A stretch of 54,921 nt of DNA from Octopus bimaculoides (GCF_001194135.2 NC_068996.1:55275266-55330186), one strand, 5' to 3'. Numbered from the stretch's first letter, positions 37,511 through 50,987 are shown. The notes: a model not told the origin generated them from the letters alone. Numbers and translations: made by a program.

Positions 37511-39902
37511 AAAAGATGATTGGTTACAAGAGGTTGAGTGATAGCAGTTGCATTTGATTACAGAAAATGCCAAGCTGAGATCCATAATGAAACGAACAAA
37601 TTTTGCCAAAATTCTTTTGAGGATCTTCATTTTAGGTGGTAAGCGTAGTAATGATGGTGGAGGAGGAGGGGTGGTGGTGGTGAAAGGCACTAACAACATT
37701 TACATCCTGGCAATTGTTCAATCAGTTTTCATATGGTAAAACTTTCCCAAAGTAAGCAGTAATTACAAATCTCATAGTCCTAATTCACAGTGGGAGTAAC
37801 AAAAATATTCTCGGCATTGATCGCAGTTTTGTCAGAAATCAATAAAATTTCTTCAGAAACTAAGAATAGATTCAAGAATTTCTTCCACTTTTGTTTATTG
37901 TACTATTATTATTGTTATTGTTATTATCTGTTAAAAATGAAAAACACGAAATATGATCTTATAACTGAAGAAGATTAATGGGATGCTGTGACATTCATGT
38001 GTTCCTGTATCATGTTTTCTGAGATTAGCACCAGATCCACTTAAATCTATTGATGATGTCATAGCTAACTGAATGGGTACCAGGACACTACTGGAACAAT
38101 GAGGGAACCTCCACATGGCTCATGACCAGCTAGAAATAGCAGCTAAATCTCTCCTTTACACTACTCTCAATCAACATAAGAAAAAGCACACATTGGTTGT
38201 TGTAATCCCAGACACTCTAAAAAAGACAGAATGATTGAAGATGGAATATGTTTGGTCTAAATTTTATCAGATCATGGGTCACCTGGCTTTGTGACTAAGT
38301 AATTTAACATTTGATCCTACATGGCAGCAGAGGTGTTCTGGCAGTCTTGGGTTAACCAAAATATTGTCAATAGAATTTGGTAGACAGAAAACAGGTGATG
38401 GGTCCTAATTCACTGCCCAGTTTAACAATGCCATCTGATTATTGGAAGCCTTTAGTTGAGTAAACTTTGTTGCAAGCATTTGGACTACGTCTTTGGTCTG
38501 GGAATAACTTTTTTCCTTTTCTCCTGGAAATTCTTGGAGGCTCCACTAAAGGATCATGAATGCCATCACTTATCCTCTAAGTTATAAAAAAAAAATCCTA
38601 GTGAGATAAACAGCAGCACCAGGACTGATAGGATTTGAACTCAAAATATAGAGAGAGATGAGTAAACATTTGATGACTCAACCATTTGTGTCCCTCGATT
38701 ATCTTAGCAAGTGTCACATCATCACCCTCCTTCTCACCATCATTTTATGACTGCTTTCCATGTCAGCATGAGTTAGATGGATCATCGCTCTCTCTTATAC
38801 AAGGTTTAAGGGGGAAAATATCTCATTCTTTTTAGTCCTTTTTTTTTCAGTTGAATGATTTTTCTGATACCAACCACAACACACTTAGGTATGTTGTGCA
38901 GTTAAAATGGTTAGCAAGTAGAATTTCTTACATAGGCACAAGGTCATAAATGTGGAGGGAAGGAAATAGTTACTTATATCAATCTCAATACTTCAATGGT
39001 ACTCTATTTTATCAACCTCAGAAAGAGTACAAGATGTTGGGAGACAGAAGAAGAACAAAATACAGTGAAGGTTTACATTGTGTAAAAAGGTGAAATCAAT
39101 AAAAAACAACAAAATGCAAATAAAGAAAGGACTGGATGAGGGAGGAAACCACCCAGCATCACAAAAACATCAGTTAATCTGGCATAAAAAACAACAACAA
39201 CAACAAAGAAACAACTAATCTGCTATAAAGACATCTCAGCAGTGCCCCCCAACCCTCTTCCTATTTCTTGTTTCCTGTTTAGAATCACATATTCAGAGTA
39301 GGTTTATTTAGCCATATCAATCTTATTGTTCTCATCCATCTTTCATAAAGCATGAGAGGCAGCACCTATATCTCCACCTTCCTCTTCAGCTGACTCTTGA
39401 ATAGGTTAATGACAGTATGGCCAGTGAGAAGAAGCCTTGTTCTCAACCCTTTTAACCAAATCCACTACACAATTTTCATTCACAATAGAAACCAGGCAGA
39501 GTAAGGACACCTTTCTTTGTCAAAAGCAGGTTAATACTATATTTGGTTGATAGACAGATCTGACTGACACATGATAACAGCTGTCCAATGCAAAGCCCAC
39601 AAACTGACAATGGTTGGACACTGAACAAATGTATATAGGATGGGGGGTTTATTGTTCTGTATACATCTTAAACAGGTTCACCTGCAGGTACTTCCATACT
39701 TGTGGAGTTCATCTCTAACTAGAAAAGCCTTCTTGTAGTACTGCCAGGTCATTATCATTCATACCACCCATTAACCCATTATAGAATATTAAGGTCGACA
39801 TTCCACTGTTGCCAAGCATTCAGGCACTTTACCAGTTGGACAATAATCAAAATATCAAAAGTCCAATCTCGGTCTGAGCAGTAGAAAGCTGAACTGGGTA
39901 CA

Positions 39903-40672
39903 CAAGGTGTCCCAAAAGTCACTGATGGGTTTCAATTTTTAATAACTTCCTTAACGTTACAAATAAATGGATGAAATTTTGATACAATATAAAGGGCATA
40001 ATGGAAATTAATATGCACAAGTCAAATTTTGCAACACTACTACATCACATATGAAAAATGACATTGCATAAATGGCAGCCATTTTCGGCTTCGCACACGC
40101 ATGCTCTTNNNNNNNNNNNNNNNNNNNNNNNNNNNNNNNNNNNNNNNNNNNNNNNNNNNNNNNNNNNNNNNNNNNNNNNNNNNNNNNNNNNNNNNNNNNN
40201 NNNNNNNNNNNNNNNNNNNNNNNNNNNNNNNNNNNNNNNNNNNNNNNNNNNNNNNNNNNNNNNNNNNNNNNNNNNNNNNNNNNNNNNNNNNNNNNNNNNN
40301 NNNNNNNNNNNNNNNNNNNNNNNNNNNNNNNNNNNNNNNNNCAAACCTGAAAGCGGGCTTACATCAAGAAACCAGAGACCCTGGGGCAACAGAGAGAGAA
40401 CATCAATAGAGAAATCAGAGAAGTGGGGTCTGAAACTCTTGAGGGTGTTATGGTGCAAGTTTTGGAAAGAGCATGCGTGTGCGAAGCCGAAAATGGCTGC
40501 CATTTAAGCGATGTCATTTTTCATATGTGATGTAGTGGTGTTTCAAAATTTGACTTGTGCATATTAATTTCCATTATGTCGTTTATATTGTATCAAAATT
40601 TCATCCATTTATTTGTAACGTTAAGGAAGTTATTAAAAATTGAAACCCATCAGTGACTTTTGGGACACCTTG
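39903..40672. mobile_element. Tc1/mariner derivative with at least 206-bp near-identical inverted arms from the 3' end; internal gap
   Basis: caaggtgtcccaaaagtcactgatggg...cttttgggacaccttg followed by TA. 40351-40530 encodes KRAYIKKPETLGQQRENINREIREVGSETLEGVMVQVLERACVCEAENGCHLSDVIFHM*, a typical transposase C-terminus. Confidence 0.88.
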
Positions 40673-43660
40673 TAGAAGACAAGGAACCTGTGCTGGTGTG
40701 ACAGCTTCAGAATATACCTGTGCATCATCAATGGCAGTATCCTAAGATTCCATGGAGGGGATGTTGACAACAGATGGATTTTCTGACTGACAAAACTTGT
40801 TTCTACAAGATATGAAAGAGCTTGTGCTCTGATTTGATCAGTGCTTCCTGTCACAAAGCATGATGGACAGGGGGAAATAAATAAAGTGAGGAAGGTACGA
40901 GCCACATGTTTGCCCGACCTTTCAAGAACAACCTCCTTTGATTTAATTTCTGAGCAAGAATGGTTACCCTGCTCAAAACCTCTTCCCTGTTTTTCTCCAC
41001 CTGGATGAAAGTACCTTAAATGGGCCTTCTGTTCTTCAAATGCTGGGCTGCAAGTTCACCAGCTTATTCTGAGATTACAACTCAATCAAAGAGACAAGCT
41101 TCAATAATCCATGCCAGCATTAACAATACATCCTTCAGCTTTTGTGTCAAAAAAATGGCCAATGACCAATCTTGTAGCTTGCAGTTCAACTGTGATTCCT
41201 CTTTGAATCAGATGTTTACCACTTCTTCTACTTTGCCAAAGCTAATGTAACTTATCTGAAGTGTCTCTTGGATGAGACCCTCACACATTTGTTGGCAACA
41301 GCCACCATTTGTTCCTACTTAACTTGCTTAATCCATTTAACGATGATGATGATGATAATTAGGAGAGAGAAATGAAATGCTTTAATAGTCATGCTTTTCA
41401 CAGAAAGTGAAAATAACTTCTGTGGTTGGTAGTACAAAGCAGTAGGAAATTTTCAGGTTAAATCAAAGGCATTTCAGTAGTGACCAATGTTTTATTATCA
41501 TATGTAGCACATCTAGGACTACATTATTCAATGTGACTTTCCCTTTTTAAGATAACAGGGTGAGATTATTCGGAGTTTTGACTGCCATTTCTAGCAGGTC
41601 AAACACCCACATAAATTCATAGAAATTAACCATGATGTACAAAAGCTAATTGCTATGTGGCATTTAATTGACGATTAAGCAATATTAACCACAAAGTCAG
41701 CCTCAGCCTTGACTCAAAGATACCAATAGAAATAGAAATAATACTGATTTTAATCATTGATGGAAGGTCACAAATTACAGGAGAGGAGGAGACGTAATTG
41801 ACACAATGATATTACTGGTTTTGGTTTTATTGACTATGAAAAGATGAATGGAAAAGTGATGTCAAAATTTCAACTAGGAACCAGGAGGGACAATTCTAAA
41901 CGCTACAAACTTATTCACCCCCATACACTTACTGTCTGAAATTAATTTACTGAATATATTCATGGTTGTTGCTGGATCCATGTAAATGACACCTGTGTCA
42001 GTGGCATGTAAAAGCACCCATTAATTACACTCTTGGAGTGATTGGTGTGAGGAAGGGCATCTAGCCGTAGAAACCATGCCAAATCAGACTGGAACTTGGT
42101 GTAGCTCTCTGGCTCATCAACTCCAGTCAAACCATCCAACCCATGCCAGCATAGAGTGGACATATGATGATGATGATGATTCCTACAAGTTATTGTGGTT
42201 GCTTTATAGACATAGATCAAATGAACTGAACTCAATGCACAAGTATTTATTACTTTAATTAGTCCTGGAAATAATGTCAAACTAAAGCAATATTTAAGTT
42301 CAATATTTGAACACAATACTGTTAAACAACCAAACTAGGGTGTGCTGCTACTGTGTCTGACACACAAACACCAAGTTATCTAACAGACACAAGGTCTAAG
42401 ATTCTGGAGGAAAGGAACGGTTGATTTCATACCACATGGCATCCAATCTAAGTTCTTGAAGTTGATTTTATGAACCTCAGTACTTTGTTTCATTGATCCC
42501 CAGAAGGAAATGAGGTGAAAAGTTGACCTTGGAAGGACTTGAACACAGAATGTAAAATGCTGTAACTAAACATTCACATTTTGTCCATTGCTCTAATGAT
42601 TGTACAAGGCCAGAAATCTTAGTGTTAGGAGACAGTTATATTAGCCTGAGGATTTAACTGTTAATTTGATAGAGCATGAAAAGATGGAAGGTACAGCTGA
42701 TCTCAACAGGGTTTGAACTAAAAGACTAAAGAGGACAACAACAACAACAACAACTTCTTAGATAGCCACAGATTTATAGAGAAATAGTAGAGTCCATTCA
42801 AAATCAATCTCAGTGCAATGTCCAGTAGCATAGCCAGGTTCTAAAGTTAGAGGGAGGGAGTACTTAGAACAAAACAAAAGGCAACGTGACACATACCACA
42901 CAATTTTTAACTTATTTCTCTTGTATTACATGAAATATTTCATTAGTAATAATAAACATAAATTCATTAATTTTATGTTTCAATAACAGTGTCATTATGG
43001 ATTAAACTTACAACTACTGATATATAAGTATGATATGAAAGTAATGAAATTCCATAGATTGTCCAGTGTTGAGAGGTTATGACATCAAGGTTTGTTTTGG
43101 TTTTTCAGATGTCAGTGGCCATCAACACATTGCAGGAGATTGAGCTGACAGTTCAAAAACATGAGAAGTTGGTCAAATAAAGTAATGACTCCGTAAAGTT
43201 CTTCCAAAGTTCTTCATGCAATTAATGAAAACAAAGAGATTCAACTTTTATTGCAAAATTTAACAAAAATTGTTAAAAAACGAAAATTGTTGAAAAGGCA
43301 CCAATTTTGAAAAATGTGATCAGGTGGGGAATGGTCAGTCCCCTTGCTCCCCTATAAGCTACACCACTGACAATATCCTGGTGGGATTCGAGCTGAGAAT
43401 ATAATGGAATATAACTAAACATGGTACTACTATTTCTGCAAGTTACTGGCTTCTACCAGAACAACAACAACAACACTGCCACCCTCTATAAAGGACAAGC
43501 GTGAAGCATTCTCATGTAATCTTGACTGTCTGGGATTAACAGCTCAACTCAATATAAAAGATCTTAGATCCACACTTTGGGAGCTTTCTACACTTGATTA
43601 TAAAAGGGATCAAACATTTTGAAGCTGAAGGCTTTCAACATTTGGGATGTTTTAACATGA

Positions 43661-43930
43661 TTGGCTCCCTGTGCTGGTGGCATGTAAAAAGTACCATATG
43701 AACATGGTCAGTGCCAGTGCCCCTGACTGGCTCCTATGTCAGTGGCACGTAAAAAGCACCCCCTACACTCTTGGAATGGTTGGTGTTAGGAAGGGCATCC
43801 AGCTGTAGAAACCCTGCCAAATCAGATTGAAGCCTGGTGCAGCTTACTGGCTTCCCAGACCCCAGTCGAACCGTCCAACCCATACCAGCATGGAAAAACG
43901 GACGTTAAACAAAAATGATGATGATGATGA
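43661..43930 (+). mobile_element. RTE 3'-tail copy on the plus strand
   Basis: aaaagcaccccctacactcttggaatggttgg...ccaacccataccagcatgg...gatgatgatga. Further plus-strand tails at about 41990-42180 and 47031-47111. Confidence 0.88.
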
Positions 43931-44269
43931 TTGATACAACCAAGGCATTGCTCCAGTCAGGGTTATCATTCCATCTGGAAGTGGAAGCTTCTTACCCTCA
44001 ACCAGATCCCACTATAGTAAAATTTCAATTCAGAATGAAAAGAACTGCAATGGCTACTCTAAGACATGTCTGACAATATAACAACTTGGTTAATCCACTG
44101 ACCTGGATCAATAGTTTATTGAACCAGAAAAGATGAATAGCAGAGTTGACTCAGTAGCATTTGAACTCAAGAGTATAAAACAACCAGAATCAAATGCCAC
44201 AAAAGACAAACACTAAAATTGCCAATTTGTCATCTTTCTTTTAAATAACACCTACCATTATAACGAGGG

Positions 44270-44705
44270 TGGGGGTATCATGTCTTGAAAAACCGATGGG
44301 ATGGCTACATGTGGGACATCTTTGATCACTGGTTCACTGGATCAGGACTGACCTGGGGCTAACCAACAGCGACTATAATCACTAGTACTAACAACTATAC
44401 TATACATTACGTAATGTACTCCTAGGTACACTATAGTTGAAGAATACAAGATGGGATGGTCACGGCTGGAATGTCGATGATTAAGGTTTGTTTGATAAGG
44501 ACTGACCTGGGATTAAATGACAATAGCCACTAGCATTAACTAGTACAAACTACTATACACTTGATAATGTAGTCCTAGATACACTATGTCTGAGTAAAAG
44601 ACAGAATGGTCACAGCTGGAACATCTTTAAGTCAGATGGATCAGCACTGATCTGGAGCTCAACTACAACAACTACAGCCACTAACAGTAGCTTACATACA
44701 CTACA
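44270..44705 (+). repeat. Three tandem ~155-bp copies of a dispersed retroposon-like 3' tail ending in (CAA)-type repeats
   Basis: gatgggatgg...gctggaa...actgacctgg...aacaac occurs three times. Single copies at about 21610-21800, 38120-38300, 28690-28780 and 54195-54355. Confidence 0.75.
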
Positions 44706-47700
44706 CAAAAAAATATATAACAGCTACAAATGGTCAGCTGAATGAGACAGGAAGAGAAAACAACAACAAAAACATTAAATTTACATCCATCTGACCACTA
44801 CCACAAAACCCGAATTTAAAACACTAGATGATGATAATGAAGTCTGCTAATTCAAACATGCTCTTGAACTGCTCCTTACTTATGCTCCCTGGTAAACAAT
44901 ATAGGATGTCCTTACTAAAACTGTCAGTCTTCAGAACGAGCAGTTTAGTTTTTTTTTGCCATGTCTTACATGTTAAGGAGGCAGCAATAAATAAATAAAT
45001 AAAAAAAATAATAATAGACTGCGCAGGAAGCATGGAGACAATCTTCCATTTAGTTATTACACACCTTCCTTTGATGTTTTAAACATCTACAAGAGTTGTG
45101 TGAATATGCATGGCTTAGTTTACTCCCTGGGAACAATTTACAGTTTGTATCATGGGTGGGGAACAGATGACATTAGAAACAGAAAAAACACACATATATA
45201 CACATACATATGGAGGAATAAAGATAAATACTCATATACACTGGAATAAACAAATACACACACATTATTAGAAAGAGATATAAGTAGATACACATTAATA
45301 TAAAGACAAGTACATACATGCATGCACTGGTATAAAGAGATGATGTACATGCACACTAGCCTAAAGGGGCATTTGGCTGCTATTTCTCTTAGGTCAACTA
45401 TGGAGAGTTTAATTTTGTCTTGACAATGTGACTTATTCTTCTGACTTAATCTCTAAGTAAGGTGTTCTGGAAAGGAATGTGTAAAGTTAAAGGGTCACCA
45501 ACCAAAATTCTTCATCAAAATATTTCTGACTCGAATTACCAATTGGAAGGTTATAATCCAAATCCAAGACAAATCTAACTCAAAAGAAATGGTCACTCAA
45601 ATCTAAATAAATTCTATGCTTACAATAAGAACCAAACAGTGAGGTTTGTACTAATTAAAATATCGTTAAACTGCTAAGTAGTTAACTGGTTAATCCTATA
45701 TAATAGTTTAATAAATCAGAATTAACATACAGGTTTGTGGGATACAATTGAAATTAACAACATTATTATTAAATAATTTAAGCAACATTATTATTGCTGA
45801 AGAAAAATATTAACTAAAACTTAGGATTAAAAACTTATAAAAAAACACATTTTTCTATTCTGAAAGAAATTCTATACTTTTCTATCATTTTGTATTCAAT
45901 AACAAGTTTTGGTGCCAAAAAACAATATGATAATGCTTATCTCAAGGAATGCTGTATAGCAAGGGGTGGAGGAACCATTCCACTGCCAGGGGGAATAGCA
46001 AGTGCCATAAGAACTTGTGAGGTCTTATCTGTTTTTGAGGAAAACAATGAATCTTTAATTTTGTTAATAGGTAAGCACCTTATATTAAACTCCTGCTCTG
46101 GTCTTAAAGGATTAACCATTTTTCTTTTTTTTTTTTCTTTTATATTTATTTTTAGAGACTATGTCAGCATGCCAATTTAAAAATATATTTAGGTTATATT
46201 TTACCCTTGGGCAAAAGATACTCCACCCTTGCTATACAGCACCAACATTATTCCACCCCTGAAGTACAGCATTAACAAGGTCCCGCTTCTGCAATACAGC
46301 TTCAATCATTTTTGTTTCTTTTTAAAGTCACCATTTTCTCTTTAGTGAAATATCAGAACACAATTAGCCAAGCACGTTATTTACAGATATATTCTCATAC
46401 TTTTCCAGATGCCATAAAAGAATTATTGGTACAGTGACTCTTAATTTTGTAGAGCTCGTGGAATGCCCTCCATCGTTAAAAACATAAATCTGTTTGACTC
46501 ATGGAACACTGCTGTGTTTTTCATAAGTTAACCTAGTTAAGGATTATATTTTTAAGGCTTAGTTACAAGAAGGGATCTGTGATGGTTACAGGTCATCACA
46601 GACACTCTGAGACCAGTTTGATTAAAACGATTGTTGTTCAGCTTGAATATGAATAACTTGACATTTGCAGGGGGTTTACGAAGGATTTAAGTTCAAGAAA
46701 GGCACAGATGTGGCTGTGTGATTAAGAAGTCTGCTCCCCAACCAAATGGTTCTGGGTTCAGTCCCACTGCATGGCACCTTGGGCAAGTGCCTTCTACTAT
46801 AGCCCTGTGCTGACCAAAGCCTTGCGAGTGGATTTGGTACATGGAAACTGAATGAAGCCTATCATACATATATAACAACAATAACAAAACAAAAGGATGT
46901 GCACATGGAACACATTAGTTTGACACTCAGTGAAAAGGGAGGGTTTTTGACACTTTGAGCATAGCTCTTTGTCAGAAAGGAAAACGGAAAAGTCCAGAGA
47001 AAGAAATATGTGTGTGTGTGTGTGGGGAATCTGGTCAGCTCCTGTCAAACCGTCCAACCCATGCCAGCATGGAACAGATGTTAAATGTTGTTGATGATAA
47101 TGATGATGATGTGTGTGTGTTTGTCTTCTTGTTCTTGACATTGAGTGATAGTAGTAGAATGAGTGTCACTGAAATAAGTGTGAGGGCATCCAGCTGTAAA
47201 AGCCATACCATAAATGGAATGTATGAATGAGTGTATTTCATCTAAGGGTGAGTAACTCCAACTAAAATTTAATTCATACCTTGGTTAATTCATCCACTCC
47301 ATTCCAACAGATGTAAAATAATGATCAGGACATTCAATAAATTCCCTATCCATCAAATATGGTAAGTACAGAAGACCAGCAACTGTTGTAGGATGACCGA
47401 GTCCATTTTTAACTACTTCCATTTTGGCCACCAAAAAAATACAGAAATATACTGGACAGTGGAGAAAGTGTACATGTCCAGGCTGACATTCTAGTTGTGT
47501 TTAGCTTAGCAGTCAGCCCTAATCAAGAAGAGTTTTGATCAGTCACTCCAACTGTGACCACCACATCTGTCCCTACATTATTCAAAAGATATTTGTCCAC
47601 TATGTCTTGTAGGTCATGAGACCATGTAGAGGTCTCCTTAATGGTCCATAAAATTGTTATGAATTAAAAATAAACTAAAGAAATCAAGGAAATATCGTTA

Positions 47701-48072
47701 TCATCATCATCATTAACATCAGATAGGGAGAATTATGAAATTAATAAAAAAAAAAAAAACAGTATGTTATGGGTGGAGACAGGGTGGATAATTCTAATTG
47801 TTCCTGATTATATATAAGATGGCTGTCCACTAATGACCAAGGAAGACCATCACTGATCATGAGGTTATTGAACCAACAGTTGGCTTCCCCTGGGTTCACA
47901 TCTGTAGCTTCGATGCTCACCTTGGAACCCTTCCACTTGACCAGGCTTTGGATAGTCGCCTTGCTGGTGATTGCACAACCGTCTCTTAGAGACATGCTTT
48001 AACAAAAGCTAAGGGATGCTTCACTCCCAATGGTCTTCCAACACTACAGACAACAATCTGAACTTTGATACC

Positions 48073-48113
<41 letters not shown>

Positions 48114-48263
48114 TCTCTCTCTGTTTATTTCATTTTTGTTGAAGAGCTTACATTCAAAACATAAAATACTTTCTCACCTTATTGACCGTTAACCTAATAC
48201 ACCTGTTTGTTGTTTATACACCAGTCTTCGTTTTTTGCTTTTCTGTAAATTTCAATTATTTAT

Positions 48264-49170
48264 NNNNNNNNNNNNNNNNNNNNNNNNNNNNNNNNNNNNN
48301 NNNNNNNNNNNNNNNNNNNNNNNNNNNNNNNNNNNNNNNNNNNNNNNNNNNNNNNNNNNNNNNNNNNNNNNNNNNNNNNNNNNNNNNNNNNNNNNNNNNN
48401 NNNNNNNNNNNNNNNNNNNNNNNNNNNNNNNNNNNNNNNNNNNNNNNNNNNNNNNNNNNNNNNNNNNNNNNNNNNNNNNNNNNNNNNNNNNNNNNNNNNN
48501 NNNNNNNNNNNNNNNNNNNNNNNNNNNNNNNNNNNNNNNNNNNNNNNNNNNNNNNNNNNNNNNNNNNNNNNNNNNNNNNNNNNNNNNNNNNNNNNNNNNN
48601 NNNNNNNNNNNNNNNNNNNNNNNNNNNNNNNNNNNNNNNNNNNNNNNNNNNNNNNNNNNNNNNNNNNNNNNNNNNNNNNNNNNNNNNNNNNNNNNNNNNN
48701 NNNNNNNNNNNNNNNNNNNNNNNNNNNNNNNNNNNNNNNNNNNNNNNNNNNNNNNNNNNNNNNNNNNNNNNNNNNNNNNNNNNNNNNNNNNNNNNNNNNN
48801 NNNNNNNNNNNNNNNNNNNNNNNNNNNNNNNNNNNNNNNNNNNNNNNNNNNNNNNNNNNNNNNNNNNNNNNNNNNNNNNNNNNNNNNNNNNNNNNNNNNN
48901 NNNNNNNNNNNNNNNNNNNNNNNNNNNNNNNNNNNNNNNNNNNNNNNNNNNNNNNNNNNNNNNNNNNNNNNNNNNNNNNNNNNNNNNNNNNNNNNNNNNN
49001 NNNNNNNNNNNNNNNNNNNNNNNNNNNNNNNNNNNNNNNNNNNNNNNNNNNNNNNNNNNNNNNNNNNNNNNNNNNNNNNNNNNNNNNNNNNNNNNNNNNN
49101 NNNNNNNNNNNNNNNNNNNNNNNNNNNNNNNNNNNNNNNNNNNNNNNNNNNNNNNNNNNNNNNNNNNNNN
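48264..49170. other. Largest assembly gap
   Basis: Run of N. Other sizeable gaps: 11589-12097, 15685-15831, 30694-31100, 40109-40341, 50201-50422, 53260-53491. Confidence 1.
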
Positions 49171-49656
49171 ACTCATAAATGGGCAGGTTACACTCACTGG
49201 TATAGGCTATGGTCTATGGTTTCACTTGGCTTGCCGGGTCTTCTCAATCACAGAATATCTCTAAAGGTCTCGGTCACTAGTCATTACCTCGGTAAGGCCC
49301 AATGTTTGAAGGTCGTGCTTCGCCACCTCATCCCAGGTCTTCCTGGGTCTACCTCTTCCACAGGTACCCTCAATTGCTAGGCTGTGGCACTTTTTCACAC
49401 AGCTGTCCTCATCCATTTTCGCCAAATGACCATCCCAGCGCAATCGTCTCTCTTGCACACTACATCTGATGCTTCTTAGGTCTAACTTTTCTCTCAAGGT
49501 ACTTACACTCTGTCGTGTATGCACACTGACATTACACATCCAGCGGAGCCTACTGGTTTCATTCCTTGCAAGTTTACGCATGTCCTCAGCAGTCACAGCC
49601 CATGCTTCACTGCTATGTAGCATGGCAGTTTGCACACATGCGAACTGCCATGCTAC
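49171..49656 (-). mobile_element. RTE LINE fragment (ORF2 C-terminus); 3'UTR probably lies in the adjacent gap
   Basis: ORF 49261-49635: QTAMLHSSEAWAVTAEDMRKLARNE...GTCGRGRPRKTWDEVAKHDL, homologous to 1230-1560. Confidence 0.93.
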
Positions 49657-50470
49657 CTTTTATATATATATGTAATTCAAATGTGAATGAGAAGCAACTT
49701 AAGGGATATAAACAACATTGAACTCACATCCACAAGGTATGTTTTGTCAGTTAGTGCGCAGGCTGTGATTTTAGATGTAAGAGAATTATTTTCATCAAGT
49801 TACCTGATGTTAAAACACCGGGAAGTCATAGACAAATGAGACAACTCACACTAAGTCCCAGTACAGGAATTATAGACAGTGTTTTGTCATCTTTGTCTAA
49901 CACCAAACAAATTCATGAGAATATATTCTCTTATGCCCACAATCACAGTCCGACCACAAACTGACAAAACACATACCTTGTGTATGTGTGTTTGATATTG
50001 TATTCTTTTACTCATTTGACTGTGGCCATGCTGGAGCACGACCTTTAGTCAAACAAATTGACCCCAGGATTTATTCTTTGTAAGCCTAGTACTTATCCTA
50101 TCGGTCTCTTTTGCCAAACCACTAGGTTACAGAGATCTAAACACACCAACATCAGTGTGAAGCGTTGGTGGTAGGACAAACATATATATATATATATATA
50201 NNNNNNNNNNNNNNNNNNNNNNNNNNNNNNNNNNNNNNNNNNNNNNNNNNNNNNNNNNNNNNNNNNNNNNNNNNNNNNNNNNNNNNNNNNNNNNNNNNNN
50301 NNNNNNNNNNNNNNNNNNNNNNNNNNNNNNNNNNNNNNNNNNNNNNNNNNNNNNNNNNNNNNNNNNNNNNNNNNNNNNNNNNNNNNNNNNNNNNNNNNNN
50401 NNNNNNNNNNNNNNNNNNNNNNCGCCCGGCGTGCTATCGTTTCTGCACACTCGCCGGCTTCTTTCAGTTT

Positions 50471-50699
50471 CCTATTTCTTTATTGCCCACAAGGGGCTAA
50501 ACATAGAGGGGACAAACAAGGACAGACAAATGGATTAAGTCGATTACATCGACCCCAGCGCATAACTGGTACTTTATTGACCCCGAAAGGATGAAAGACA
50601 AAGTCGACCTCGGCGGAATTTGAACTCAGAACGTAACGGTAGACGAAATACCGCTAAGTATTTCGCCCGGCGTGCTATCGTTTCTGCACACTCGCCGGC
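50471..50699 (-). mobile_element. Young tRNA-derived SINE (family 1), near full length, nested in a family-2 SINE
   Basis: Reverse complement has an A-box-like gcagaaacgatag and a B box gagttcaaattcc, then gtcgactttgtctttcatcctttcggggtcaataaagtaccag. CpG-rich. Partial copies at 52172-52288, 31172-31310 and 35590-35690. Confidence 0.85.
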
Positions 50700-50939
50700 T
50701 TCTTTCAGTTTCTGTCTACCAAATGGACTCACAAAGCTTAGGTTGGCTGAACCTGGAACCATGCAGTTTGGAAGCAAGCTTCTTACCACACAAACAGCCA
50801 GGAGCGGCACCAGGTTCTATAGTCTGTTTTGGCATGGTATCTTCAGTTGGATACCCTTCATATTGCCAATCACCAACAGTCACCAAATAATTATTATATA
50901 TGTGCACACATACACAAATAATGCATATCCATATCCATC

Positions 50940-50987
<48 letters not shown>

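Noticed and set aside
44824-45033. Protein-like ORF (DILYCLPGSISKEQFKSMFELADF); similar unassigned ORFs at 47741-47995 and 28507-28815
   Set aside because: Short, with no family I can name and no splice sites; the last partly overlaps a known repeat tail.
48182-49380. Long ORFs in the track (also at 11559-12217, 30654-31201, 50127-50500, 53204-53644)
   Set aside because: Produced by runs of N.
50423-50711. A 49-bp sequence (cgcccggcgtgctatcg...ttctttcagtttc) duplicated on both sides of a SINE, suggesting a tandem SINE dimer
   Set aside because: The two copies are identical, including unusual variants, and one abuts an N gap, so an assembly overlap artefact is more likely.
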